DNA of 63,672 nt, counting the filler, from Octopus bimaculoides (Eukaryota): the NCBI RefSeq assembly GCF_001194135.2. It is 6 parts of 6 records of this genome, joined end to end, with 100 filler letters (N's around TTAATTAATTAA, not from the genome) between each part and the next. Parts side by side here need not be neighbours in the genome. Positions count along the whole stretch, not along the records: positions 49,460 to 58,102 come from NC_068982.1; positions 58,203 to 59,965 come from NW_026328931.1; positions 60,066 to 62,282 come from NC_068984.1; positions 62,383 to 63,672 come from NW_026298944.1; 2 more parts are not named here. One strand, 5' to 3'. A program made the position numbers and the translations under genes. The notes beneath the pieces were generated by a model that was given only the letters and a program-made list of their open reading frames with translations, was not told the origin of the DNA and did no database searches. This document shows, in pieces, positions 52,651 to 63,672 of this stretch (its first letter is position 1; each line of letters opens with the position of its first letter).

Positions 52651-53074
52651 NNNNNNNNNNNNNNNNNNNNNNNNNNNNNNNNNNNNNNNNNNNNNNNNNN
52701 NNNNNNNNNNNNNNNNNNNNNNNNNNNNNNNNNNNNNNNNNNNNNNNNNNNNNNNNNNNNNNNNNNNNNNNNNNNNNNNNNNNNNNNNNNNNNNNNNNNN
52801 NNNNNNNNNNNNNNNNNNNNNNNNNNNNNNNNNNNNNNNNNNNNNNNNNNNNNNNNNNNNNNNNNNNNNNNNNNNNNNNNNNNNNNNNNNNNNNNNNNNN
52901 NNNNNNNNNNNNNNNNNNNNNNNNNNNNNNNNNNNNNNNNNNNNNNNNNNNNNNNNNNNNNNNNNNNNNNNNNNNNNNNNNNNNGGAACGTTGATATTTA
53001 CAAGCAATGGCAGGAGGATGGTAGAGATGACAAAAGCTTCGTAGTCTATAGACGTTAAATGCATGACACACTCA

Positions 53075-53163
<89 letters not shown>

Positions 53164-53434
53164 GTTTACACACAAACAAATAAGGTTTAACTAGTAAAAT
53201 AAACTTAGGAGTTGGTAAGAGGTAAAGAAACAGTATGTTTACATATCCACATATGTGCGTGTGTGTTTGTGTGTGCATGTAATTATAACTCTAATTGATT
53301 ATCCATGGTAATAAAAGTTTACTCCGGAAGTTACACGTCATATAACGAGTAACACCCTAGTATACACACACACACACAAACAAATATAATATATAATTGA
53401 CAAAAGTGTACAATGAAGTGGGAGTTGTAAATTT

Positions 53435-53461
53435 AACGTTTCGGACAAAGTCCTTCTTCAG
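53435..53461 (-). ncRNA. Hammerhead catalytic core without a closing stem I
   Basis: Minus strand CUGAAGA-A-GGAC[UUU]GUCC-GAAAC-GUU; downstream AAAUU does not pair with upstream UUUCC. Confidence 0.45.
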
Positions 53462-54129
53462 GGAAAACGTTATAGGAGAGTAATTAATAAGAACCAGTAC
53501 ATCCTATTAGAATTTATCTGTCAAACTGTGTGTGCATCAACACTAGAGCTTGACCTCAATATCATTAGAAATAGTGAACTAAATTTATTAATTAACGCAA
53601 CATGGAACGTTTACATTCAGAACCCTGAAATTTTCATTTGCAAGTCTCGGATAAGTCGCTATCAAGGAACTCAGGGTTTTGCATGTAAGCGTTCAATTCT
53701 TGTGTTATCATATATATATATATTCTATACACACACACACACACACACACAAANNNNNNNNNNNNNNNNNNNNNNNNNNNNNNNNNNNNNNNNNNNNNNN
53801 NNNNNNNNNNNNNNNNNNNNNNNNNNNNNNNNNNNNNNNNNNNNNNNNNNNNNNNNNNNNNNNNNNNNNNNNNNNNNNNNNNNNNNNNNNNNNNNNNNNN
53901 NNNNNNNNNNNNNNNNNNNNNNNNNNNNNNNNNNNNNNNNNNNNNNNNNNNNNNNNNNNNNNNNNNNNNNNNNNNNNNNNNNNNNNNNNNNNNNNNNNNN
54001 NNNNNNNNNNNNNNNNNNNNNNNNNNNNNNNNNNNNNNNNNNNNNNNNNNNNNNNNNNNNNNATATATATATATATATATACACGCACACAAATACATAC
54101 ATATACGTATAAAATCAGTTACATAAAAT

Positions 54130-54453
54130 GACCATGAATGACCATGGGATTGCACCTAGAAAGTTAACCCCCAAGGCACACAAGTCTGGGCAAGGTTTTT
54201 TGGAAGACCAGCAGTTGCCCAAACACACTAGTCTGCCCTCGCCACGCCACCGAAGTTATCCAAGGGAAAGACAAAGGCTGATACAGCTTGGTACCAGTGA
54301 CATCGCATCTCATTTCTTAAGCTGAGTGAACTGGAGCAGGTGAAATAAAGTGTCTTGCTCAAGAACACAACATACAGCCCGGTCCGGGAATCAAACTCGC
54401 TATCTCATGATTGTGAGCCCGATACGTTAAGCACTGAGCCATGCACCTTCACT
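54130..54453 (-). mobile_element. SINE family D, long form
   Basis: Minus strand GTGAAGGTGCATGGCTCAGTG...GAGTTTGATTCCCGGACCGGGCTG..GTTGTGTTCTTGAGCAAGACACTTTATTTCAC..CCAGTTCACTCAGC plus about 190 bp of 3' module. Confidence 0.8.
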
Positions 54454-54968
54454 GTCGACTATATAAAAAAACACATATAGATGCATATATAAAGCGTTTG
54501 TTTTATATATGCTATTCTGGGCTAAAATATTCCTATACCAGAAGTTTTGCAGAAGTACTTAGTCCCCTTTCTGACTACTGCAGCTCCATAAATTAATTTA
54601 TTTCTCCTTGTGGCATCGCTACTCCCATCTGTTTCCACAAACTCTATCACCGCCCACTTTGTATTATTTTATCGGTATTTTTTATTTATTGCTGGCTGAG
54701 GTGGGATGAGGGGGTAACAGTCTTCTCTTTAATCTGCCGGAAGATCTTTTATTCTTTAGACATTTCTATCTTGAGATTATTATCAAATACAAAATGACCA
54801 GTTTTAGAACTTTATGCTCTTAGATCTTTCTCATGTTTCATGTTTATAAATATATGTGTGTATGTGTGTGTACGTATGTATGTATGTATTCATGGATGGA
54901 TGTATAAATGCGTCTGCATACATATATGTTTGTACGTTTGAATGCATGCATTTATAAATGTGTCTGAG

Positions 54969-55030
<62 letters not shown>

Positions 55031-55466
55031 AACATTCGTACGTTCTTATTACATACTTGAATATACATGCATATATATGTATATATGACATGCGTGTGTA
55101 TGTGTGTGTGTTTGTGTAGGGGGAGGGTGTACACACGCGCGTACATGTTTTGGCCTGTGTTGGTCACTATCGGAAGAACATTGATTGCAATAAGAATATT
55201 CTGAGTTCAAATGTCCCTGAAATCGATTCCAATTTTCAATCAGTCATGGGACAATAAATAAATAAATAAATAAATAAATAGATAAATAAATAACAGTAAT
55301 GTATTAGGGTCGATGCAAATTTTAATTCCTTTCACTCGAAATCGTTTAAGGAGTTAAGATAAATCATGTTTGGCACCATTTTGGAAGATTACTGAGGGGA
55401 ATAGAACCCCGTATTCAGCATTTATTGGGTAAGAGTATCGATTTCTTGGTGAAGGTTTATCACATA

Positions 55467-55721
55467 CTCTTTTACTCTTTTACTTGTTTCAGTTATTTGA
55501 CTGTAGCCATGCTGGAGCACCGCCTTTAGTCGAGCAAATCGACCCCAGGACTTATTCTTTTTAAGCCTAGTACTTATTCTATCGGTCACTTTTGCCGAAC
55601 CGCTAAATTTCGGGGACGTAAATACGCCACCATCGGTTGTCAAGCGACGTTGGGGGGGACAAACACAGACACACAAACATACACACACTCACACACACAC
55701 AAACGCACGCACACACACACA

Positions 55722-55765
<44 letters not shown>

Positions 55766-55932
55766 CATATATACCACGGGCTTCTTTCAGTTTCCGTCTA
55801 CCAAATCCACTGACAAGGCCTTGATTGGCCCGAGGCTATAGTAGAAGACACTTGCCCAAGGTGCCATGCAGTGGGATTGAACCTGGAACTATGTGGTTCG
55901 TAAGCAAGCTACTTACCACACACCTACTCCTG
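55467..55932 (-). mobile_element. SINE family A, full length
   Basis: Complete from the TACTCTTTTACTCTTTTACTTG tail to the head CTACTTACCACACACCTACTCC, with an internal (CA)n/(TA)n expansion. Confidence 0.9.
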
Positions 55933-56049
55933 TTGAATGAGGGATTATAGATTGCTAGGTTTAAACATTTGTTCCGTCTTTATATCATAATTGATAGACA
56001 AGGAAAGTCTGTTTCTCTCTACACAATCTAATTCTCTCAATGAATAAAA

Positions 56050-56385
56050 AGGTGGCGCCTTAAGCAACTGTCTTCTACGATGGCCGTGGGTCGACCAAAG
56101 TCTTGCAAATGGATTTAGCAGATGAAAACTAATGGAAGCGCGTCGTATATATGTATATATCCATGTGTGTGCATGTCTTTGTGCATGTCTTTGTGCATGT
56201 GTTTGTCCACCACCTCCGCTTAACAGACGGTGTTGGTTTGTCTATGTCCCTGTAACTTAGCGACTAGAATAAATAACAGAGTTAAAGAAATAAGTACTAG
56301 GGTCCATTCATTCGGCGAAATCCTTGAAGGCGGTGACCACCGTGGCCGCAGTCCAGCCACTGAAGCAAGGAAAAACTAAGCTATG
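56050..56385 (+). mobile_element. SINE family A, diverged, inverted relative to the preceding copy
   Basis: GCAACTGTCTTCTACGATGGCCGTGGGTCGACCAAAG..CTTG...GGCCGCAGTCCAGCCACTGAAGCAAG. Confidence 0.75.
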
Positions 56386-56689
56386 AGCAATAGATTCCTT
56401 GGAAGAAAGCAGCGAATGTATACAAAAACAAAGACGGAAAAAACGAACAATGTTACACAAATCCAATAAAAATAATAAAACAGGACATAACAACACATGT
56501 CTTTCGACTAAGGACAAATTAAATTAAGCTGGCGTGTGTAGAAATAAGGCCTTACGGCAGGGATACAAGATTTCACAGGCAGAGGGAGGAATAACGATGT
56601 TGCACTATTTCCTGTTATTGAGTTGGAGGTTCTTTTTTAAACAATTTATAATGTTCCTGTAGCTCTTGTTACTTTTAGTTTTTCTTTTC

Positions 56690-57350
56690 GATTGTTAATA
56701 TTTTGTTTTCATTGTTCTTTTGTCGATGTTAGTGGTGTTTTTGTTGTTGTTGCTGAAGTGGGGCTTGCTTCTTGTTGTTGTTGTTGTTGTTGTTGTTATT
56801 GTTGTAATTGTCATTGTCAATATCATCATCGTTATTGTTGCACATTCTTATTTTATTTGACATCGTCACACATCGCGTCCATCATTTTGCACCTGATATT
56901 GTTGCATATTTTGTAATTATTCTAATTCTGAAAATCACTGCACTTTTATTGATGCACTTATATTTCGTATTTCTTGCACTTATAGTTAACGTTGCAGCAG
57001 ATGCTCACTGCTACTATTGCGCATGTTGATGTTGTCATTACCGCACTTATTTTTGTCATTATTGCAGTAAATGTTAATATTATTGCTAGTGTCATTGTTA
57101 TAGTTGTTGCATTTGTTGTTTTTGTTCCATTTGCTTTCATATTTGCATTTGTTGACATTGTTGCAGTTACCGTTGGTGCAATAGCTTCACTGGTTCTTGT
57201 TTCACATTTTTCTTGAACTTATTTTTATTGTAATCATTGCAGTTATTGTTGTCAATGTTGCATACGTCGTTATCATTCGTGAACTTGTTGTTGATGTTGT
57301 ACCTTTTATTGTCACTGTTGCACATCTTGCTGCTTCATGTCCTTTGCATG
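56690..57350. repeat. Cryptic (GTT/ATT/GCT)-type triplet low-complexity tract with a perfect (TTG)n core
   Basis: Persistent NTT/NNT periodicity; translates to Val/Ile/Ala-rich pseudo-ORFs. Confidence 0.7.
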
Positions 57351-57611
57351 CATCCAGTATCTGCTATTATAAATCTACACAACCACTTGACACCCAATCT
57401 TGGCTGTCTGATCTCTCAGAGACATCGTCAAATCTGAAAATATTTTTCACAAAGACAAAATTCACGTCAGAGAAGAAATAATGCCGGCAATAAAATATAC
57501 AGATTTTTCTTGTTGGCTTGTTGGACGTGTGGAGTGAATGAGCAGAAAAAAAGAAGAATGCGTTGGCATTGAATATTAATGATGATAAATTTCCAAAATA
57601 AAAATATTCGT

Positions 57612-57663
57612 TGAATGATATACGCCATGTGAATGATATCCGCCATGTGAATGATATACGCCA
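57612..57663. repeat. 18-bp tandem repeat, about 3 units
   Basis: TGAATGATAT(A/C)CGCCATG twice plus TGAATGATATACGCCA. Confidence 0.9.
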
Positions 57664-58324
57664 AATAAGATCAGAATAGACCGGGTTCGGATGCATAAGT
57701 AACAAATAACAAATCAATGGCTGATCACTTAAAAAATGAAGTGTAATGAACGTCCTGATATTTGTACATACAGGAAACTTCGAAATATTACACTTCTCTA
57801 AATAAGCGCAGAAAATTATTAACAACGAAAGGCAAGAAAAGAATATCTTAAGGAATTCCTAATCCGAAATTAAACTGAAAATAGTGAAAACCGCCAGCAA
57901 GAAGAATATATTCTCTACAAATAACTTTATATGTGCAAAAGAAAAAAAAAAAAAACAATAAGTATCGCTTGCACAAAATGTTGCTTCCGTAAGGCCTATG
58001 TTAATCCGTTTGTAACATAGATCTCTTTTTGAATAACTAGTTATATTTAAGACAATCTGTTTTCGAATATATGTTTTGTTTATATACAGAGAGCCACGCT
58101 CCNNNNNNNNNNNNNNNNNNNNNNNNNNNNNNNNNNNNNNNNNNNNTTAATTAATTAANNNNNNNNNNNNNNNNNNNNNNNNNNNNNNNNNNNNNNNNNN
58201 NNAAGTCTTTATAAGAATTTATCAAGTAATTAACCTGAAAAAACCTAATAAGGAAAAAATCCATCATTTATTTCCTATAAATATATTTATTTATTTATAC
58301 CCTAATATTTACATACATACAAGG

Positions 58325-59298
58325 GGCTTCCTTTGTCTATAGATCCGTGTGAGTTTGTGATTGTCCTACACCATCACTTGACAACCAGTGTTGGTGTGTT
58401 TACATCCCCATAACTTAGTGGGTTGGCAAAAGAAATTGATTGGATAAATACTAGTCTTTAAAAAAGAAGAAACAGTAATGGGGTTGATACATTCGACTAA
58501 AAAGTTTTCAAGGTAGTGCCCCAGCATGGCCATAGTCTAATCACTGAAACAAGTAGAAGATAAAGATGTGTGTGTGTGTGTGTGTGGCTATGTGGTTAAG
58601 AAGCTTACCTTCCAACTACATGTCACCTGCGCTAACAAATGCCTTGTGAGTGAATTTTGCAGCTGGAAACTGTGTGGAAGCCTGTCATATATATGAGTGA
58701 ATGTATTTCATCATCATCATCATCATTATCATTTAATGTCTATCTTCCATGCTGGCATGGGTTGGACAATTTCACAAGAGCTGCACCAAAATCCATTCTG
58801 CTATGGCTTGGGTTCTATGGTCAGATGTCGTTCCTAACACCAACTACTTTATGGAGTGGACTTTTCTTCTTTTCTTTTGTTTCAGCCATTTGACTGCGGC
58901 CATGCTGGAGCACTGGCTTTAGTTGAACGAATCAACCCCAGGACTTATTCTTTGCAAGCCTAGTACTTATTCTAAAGGTCTCTTTTGTCGAATAGCTAGG
59001 TTGTCAAGCAATGGTGGAGGGACAAACACAGACACACATACATATACATACATACATACATATACATGCACACATACATATACACATACATATACATCCA
59101 CTCACAAAGCTTTGGTCAACCCAAGACCACAGCAGAAGACGTTTGCCCATGGTGCCATGCAGTGGGACTGAACCCAGAACCATGTGGCTGGTAAGCAAAC
59201 TACTTACCACACTGGAATCAATTCATTTGACTAAAATTTCAAGATAGTGCCCCAGCATGGCCACAGTCAGATGTCTGAAACAAGCAAACTGATAAAAA
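58325..59298. mobile_element. Nest of SINE fragments: A 3' part (+), A head (+), C (-), A (-, 58875-59212), A 3' end (+)
   Basis: Diagnostic motifs of families A and C in alternating orientation. Confidence 0.75.
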
Positions 59299-60746
59299 GA
59301 TATTGTAGCTGTTGCTATTGCTGCTATTGGTTGCAGTTTCTATTGTCATAAACGTGTTAAGTTCATAGCTGTTGTTGCTGCTGTTGTTGTCGTAGTCGCT
59401 CTAGTACCCCTTATTGTTGTGCATACCTCTCCTGCCCTCCATCTTGTTGTTGGTACAGGGATGTTGTTTGTTTGTTTTGTGAGGTCTTAAGCACGCTGTG
59501 TTGACATTTAAGAGATTTTTATCTGTTTATACTGTGGCAGAGATTAGGGCCTTGGAAAGGGAGCGGAGATGGGGGAAGCGGGCAGAACTCAGCTCCACCC
59601 AACCTTCCCATGGCCACCCCCATTCTCTCTCTGCTCTTTCATCACCAGCTTTCTCAATCTTTTACTGACAGGCTGTCTGTCGCTAAGTCTCTAAGTCTAT
59701 TTTCTCACTCAGTTTCTCTTTAACGCTGAAATATATATGTGTGTATATATGTGTGTGTATATGTTTGTGTGTCTGTGTTTGTTCCCCCTCCACCATAGCT
59801 TGACAACCCGATGCTGGTGTGTTTACCTCCCCGTGTATATATGTGTGTGTGTGTGTGTGTGTGTATGCAAATATGCTTCCACATGTCAATCAGCCTGCAG
59901 TTGTGACAAACCTTTAAAATGTGAAGAACTTATGTACATATGTCTACATATATATATATATATATNNNNNNNNNNNNNNNNNNNNNNNNNNNNNNNNNNN
60001 NNNNNNNNNTTAATTAATTAANNNNNNNNNNNNNNNNNNNNNNNNNNNNNNNNNNNNNNNNNNNNATTACTATGGCAATACATATAACATTAAAGAAACA
60101 ATGAAGACATATTTTGACGTCTTTTCTTTAAGTATTTCCATAGTAATTGCTCCAGTGAACGTTCTGGTGCGGTGTCCTCTATCAAGACCTTTATTTAAGG
60201 TTGTAGAGTTTAATTTAAGGGAGATTTAGCTTCTTTTTTCGGTGGGGGGGGACCAGGTCAAGTGACAATATACTTCTTCATTGCTTCGTAAACTTATGAA
60301 TGATCAGTAGAATGTTTGTGTTTGATCAGCAGAATGGCTTCCTTTTAAATAAATCCTAAAATGTTTGTGTGTTTTGATATTAGCGATATTATAGACATAC
60401 GGCCAATGTGAGTTGCACTTGAACTTTTCAGATTGCCAGCAATTGATAAGAACTAAATCATTTTCTGGTCTTGAAGAGGAAATCTAGCCTTTTAGATGCA
60501 GTTTCAGCAATGTTATGTGTGGGAGATCGCTATGAAAGGTATTCAAGTGTTAAGAAGTGTTAGTTATGCGTTCGTAAGCACCGAGTGTGCTTATGAATAC
60601 ATGACTAGCGCCCGTGAGAATAAGTAGAAGCCTTTAAAAAGGAACATAATGACATTGCAATTCTATATTTAAGGAAGTTCTATATCTAAGGAAGTTCTAT
60701 ATTTAATGGTAATACAGTTCTATATTTAAGAGATGAGGAATTAAGT

Positions 60747-60897
60747 ACATTATTTACATTATCTACATTTGATGGATATTTGTCCTCATCTTGTTTGTTG
60801 TTGACACAGCGTTTCGGCTGATATACCCTCCAGCCTTCATCAGGTGTCTTGGGGAAACTTCGAACCTGGGTTCTCATTCCTAAGGTATTTTTCGATG

Positions 60898-60955
<58 letters not shown>

Positions 60956-60977
60956 TATTATTCAGGTCACTGCCTAG
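60747..60977 (-). mobile_element. Composite HHR element copy 2 (head truncated by a gap)
   Basis: Same linker, (AAT)n and CAGGTCACTGCCT head junction as copy 1. HHR at 60803-60848 has a perfect stem I GACAC/GUGUC but the triplet is GCU instead of GUU. Confidence 0.85.
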
Positions 60978-61489
60978 ANNNNNNNNNNNNNNNNNNNNNN
61001 NNNNNNNNNNNNNNNNNNNNNNNNNNNNNNNNNNNNNNNNNNNNNNNNNNNNNNNNNNNNNNNNNNNNNNNNNNNNNNNNNNNNNNNNNNNNNNNNNNNN
61101 NNNNNNNNNNNNNNNNNNNNNNNNNNNNNNNNNNNNNNNNNNNNNNNNNNNNNNNNNNNNNNNNNNNNNNNNNNNNNNNNNNNNNNNNNNNNNNNNNNNN
61201 NNNNNNNNNNNNNNNNNNNNNNNNNNNNNNNNNNNNNNNNNNNNNNNNNNNNNNNNNNNNNNNNNNNNNNNNNNNNNNNNNNNNNNNNNNNNNNNNNNNN
61301 NNNNNNNNNNNNNNNNNNNNNNNNNNNNNNNNNNNNNNNNNNNNNNNNNNNNNNNNNNNNNNNNNNNNNNNNNNNNNNNNNNNNNNNNNNNNNNNNNNNN
61401 NNNNNNNNNNNNNNNNNNNNNNNNNNNNNNNNNNNNNNNNNNNNNNNNNNNNNNNNNNNNNNNNNNNNNNNNNNNNNNNNNNNNNNNNA

Positions 61490-61790
61490 AAACCGGGTGT
61501 TGTGAGTGCTTATTGAGCGAAAACACCTAAAGTTCCACGAGGCTCCGGCAAGGAGTGGTGGCGAACCCTGCTGTACTCTTTCACCACAACTTTCTCGCAC
61601 TCTTTCTTCCTGTTTCTGTTGTACTTGTATTTCAAGGGGTCAGCCTTGTTACCCTCTGTGTCACGCTGAATCTCCTCGATAACTACGTTAAGGGTAGACG
61701 TGTCTGTGGAGTTCTCAGCCACTTGCACCTTAATTTCACGAGCAGGCTGTTCCGTTGATCGGATCAGCGGGAAGCCTCGTCGCTGTTACA
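61490..61790. repeat. Unclassified GC-richer, probably interspersed, repeat fragment
   Basis: Compositionally distinct segment next to a gap, with a palindromic GTTGATC-G-GATCAGC core; only one copy in the window. Confidence 0.35.
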
Positions 61791-61819
61791 TATAATATAT
61801 TATTTTTTCTTTCTTATTT

Positions 61820-62031
61820 TTTATTTGTTTCAGTCATTTGACTGCGGCCATGCTGGAGCACCACCTATAGTCGAACAAAACGACCACAGGACATTTTTCG
61901 TTGTATGCATGACACTTATACTATCAATCTTTTCTTGCCGAACCTCTAAGTTACGGGGAACGTAAATACACCAACATCGGTTGTCAATCGATGGTAGGGG
62001 GACAAACACAGACACACAAATGCATACACAT

Positions 62032-62068
<37 letters not shown>

Positions 62069-62236
62069 AGTGTGTATATATGACGAGCTTCTTTCATTTT
62101 CAGTCTACGAAATCCACTCACAAGAATTTGGTCGGCCTGAGGCTATAGTAGAAGACACTAGCCCAAGGGGCCACGCAGTGTGACTGAACCCGAATCCATG
62201 TGGTTGGGAAGCAAGCTTCTTACTACACAGCCACTA
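61820..62236 (-). mobile_element. SINE family A, full length, with internal (GATA)n
   Basis: TTGTTTCAGTCATTTGACTGCGGCCATGCTGGAGCACC ... GACTGAACCCG.ATCCATGTGGTTGGGAAGCAAGCTTCTTACTACACAGCCAC. Confidence 0.9.
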
Positions 62237-62764
62237 CAATATAATATAATATAATATATTATATTATATTATATATATATATNNNNNNNNNNNNNNNNNN
62301 NNNNNNNNNNNNNNNNNNNNNNNNNNTTAATTAATTAANNNNNNNNNNNNNNNNNNNNNNNNNNNNNNNNNNNNNNNNNNNNTCTCTTCGCTATTATGTG
62401 TCCTCAAGTTCGATCTCAATGTACACACATCACTTTGGGAGTGTATCTTCTACATTGGGTTGACACGTTTTGCGAGTGGCATGGGATTGATGGAAATTGA
62501 ATGTATCTATTCTAGCAAGATGGACCTAATTAGTCACCCGGTTTAACACCATTACTTAGTCTTTGGCTACCTTTAGTGGATTCCACTCTGTTGCAAGCAT
62601 TTAGACCGGGTCTTTCGTTTGAGGATATCTTGATGCACTGCTTTCTACTGCAGCAATCTATGAGAGGCCGTAGTTTATTCCTCCTTTACTTCACCATTTT
62701 CAGAGATCCTGTAAAAGTCAAAGGTGCTGCCATTTCTCCCTTGATTAATCCCTTAAAAATTACC

Positions 62765-62795
<31 letters not shown>

Positions 62796-63439
62796 CGGAG
62801 AAATGTTGTTTCTAAGGTTGTTAGCGAAATGAAATTTTGAAAATTCGGTTTGCCCCAGGTTATATCTCATTTTATGTCGCCAATATCTCAAAAGAAAAAA
62901 GAAAAACACGTCAAAGACTACCGTTTTGTGCATATATCTAAAGCTTTAACTTAATCTGTGATGTCTAAATTCATTTGAGTGTAATTTACAATTTATTGAT
63001 TTACTAGAAATAACACTCGAAGTAAACGGAAGGCCATCCGTCCTTTAATGTTTCGCTGGAAAACCAAGGATATTCCTTACACCTATGGAGATTACTGTAA
63101 GTTTATACAATGATGTACTATTTTGTTATACTTTTTAGTAGTCACAGCTGATCGAGTTGCTATTTTGTCGGTGTCGGTTTAATGGTCGACGAGTTGTAAT
63201 CATGTTCGTAATAACCATCAACAATTAAGGCGAAATTACGAATCGCCAATCTTTAGTTTTTAACTTGTCGCGGAAATCATTATTCTGCTGGTAACCAACA
63301 AAAATATCGTATGAAAGTTACTGAAACCATTACGTATTAGGGTATATATATATACATACATGATATGTCACCGTATCGATCAGACTGTCGGATGCTGTTA
63401 TACAACGCTGGTCACAATGCACTTCATCGCTTTGTCGTA

Positions 63440-63640
63440 GCTTTCGAATGATGCCATCCCGCTGGCATGGCAAGTAAGCCAATATTCCTCCCGAACGGAA
63501 TGCCAGTCCGTGGTGTTGTTACTCGTTTTCAGCCGAGTGGGCTGGAGCAACGTGAAATGAAGTGTTTTATTCAAAAGTACGATGCACCGCCGGTCCGGGA
63601 ATCAAAACCGCGATTGTGAGTGCAACACTCTGACCACTTC
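63440..63640 (-). mobile_element. SINE family D, diverged
   Basis: GCTGGAGCAACGTGAAATGAAGTGTTTT...CCGGTCCGGGAATCAAAAC..GATTGTGAG..ACTCTGACCAC. Confidence 0.7.
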
Positions 63641-63672
63641 ACACATGTTATATACATAGGTATAATGTATGT

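Noticed and set aside
54140-54225. Nested stems TGGGCAA/TTGCCCA around GGT..ACC in the family D 3' module, reminiscent of an HDV-like ribozyme P1/P3
   Set aside because: No P2 helix could be found and the P1.1 GG is not intact in this copy.
77-62815. The great majority of ORFs in the supplied track (YIYI, HTHT, CVCV, poly-X, poly-I/L/N)
   Set aside because: They are translations of dinucleotide/trinucleotide microsatellites or N gaps, which lack stop codons in some frames; no coding evidence.

Overview
Eukaryotic, gap-rich draft-assembly window. It is very likely a cephalopod (octopus) scaffold; this is an inference from the SINE families and the extreme (TA)n/(CA)n/(AAT)n density. No host protein-coding gene can be identified with confidence, and almost all ORFs in the supplied track are microsatellite or N-gap artefacts (YIYI/HTHT/CVCV). 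The window is a mosaic of microsatellites, at least four tRNA-derived or LINE-partnered SINE-like families, and relics of RTE LINEs, R4/Dong-type LINEs, a mariner-derived palindromic MITE, Helentron-associated-type elements and Penelope-like elements (PLEs). The most interesting signal is a set of minimal type I hammerhead ribozyme (HHR) motifs in three unrelated repeat families. One family is a composite element present three times (2.3-2.65 kb, 47.9 kb, 60.7-61.0 kb): a tRNA-like Pol III head, an internal (AAT)n tract and an HHR-containing 3' module. It looks like a ribozyme-bearing SINE that may depend on PLE machinery. A near-perfect 40-nt HHR lies at 8013-8052 and an HHR core at 53435-53461. 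A CpG-depleted domain (~25.8-49.2 kb) suggests a methylated gene body whose exons I could not pin down. Element boundaries are read by eye and are approximate; family assignments rest on recalled motifs, not database searches.
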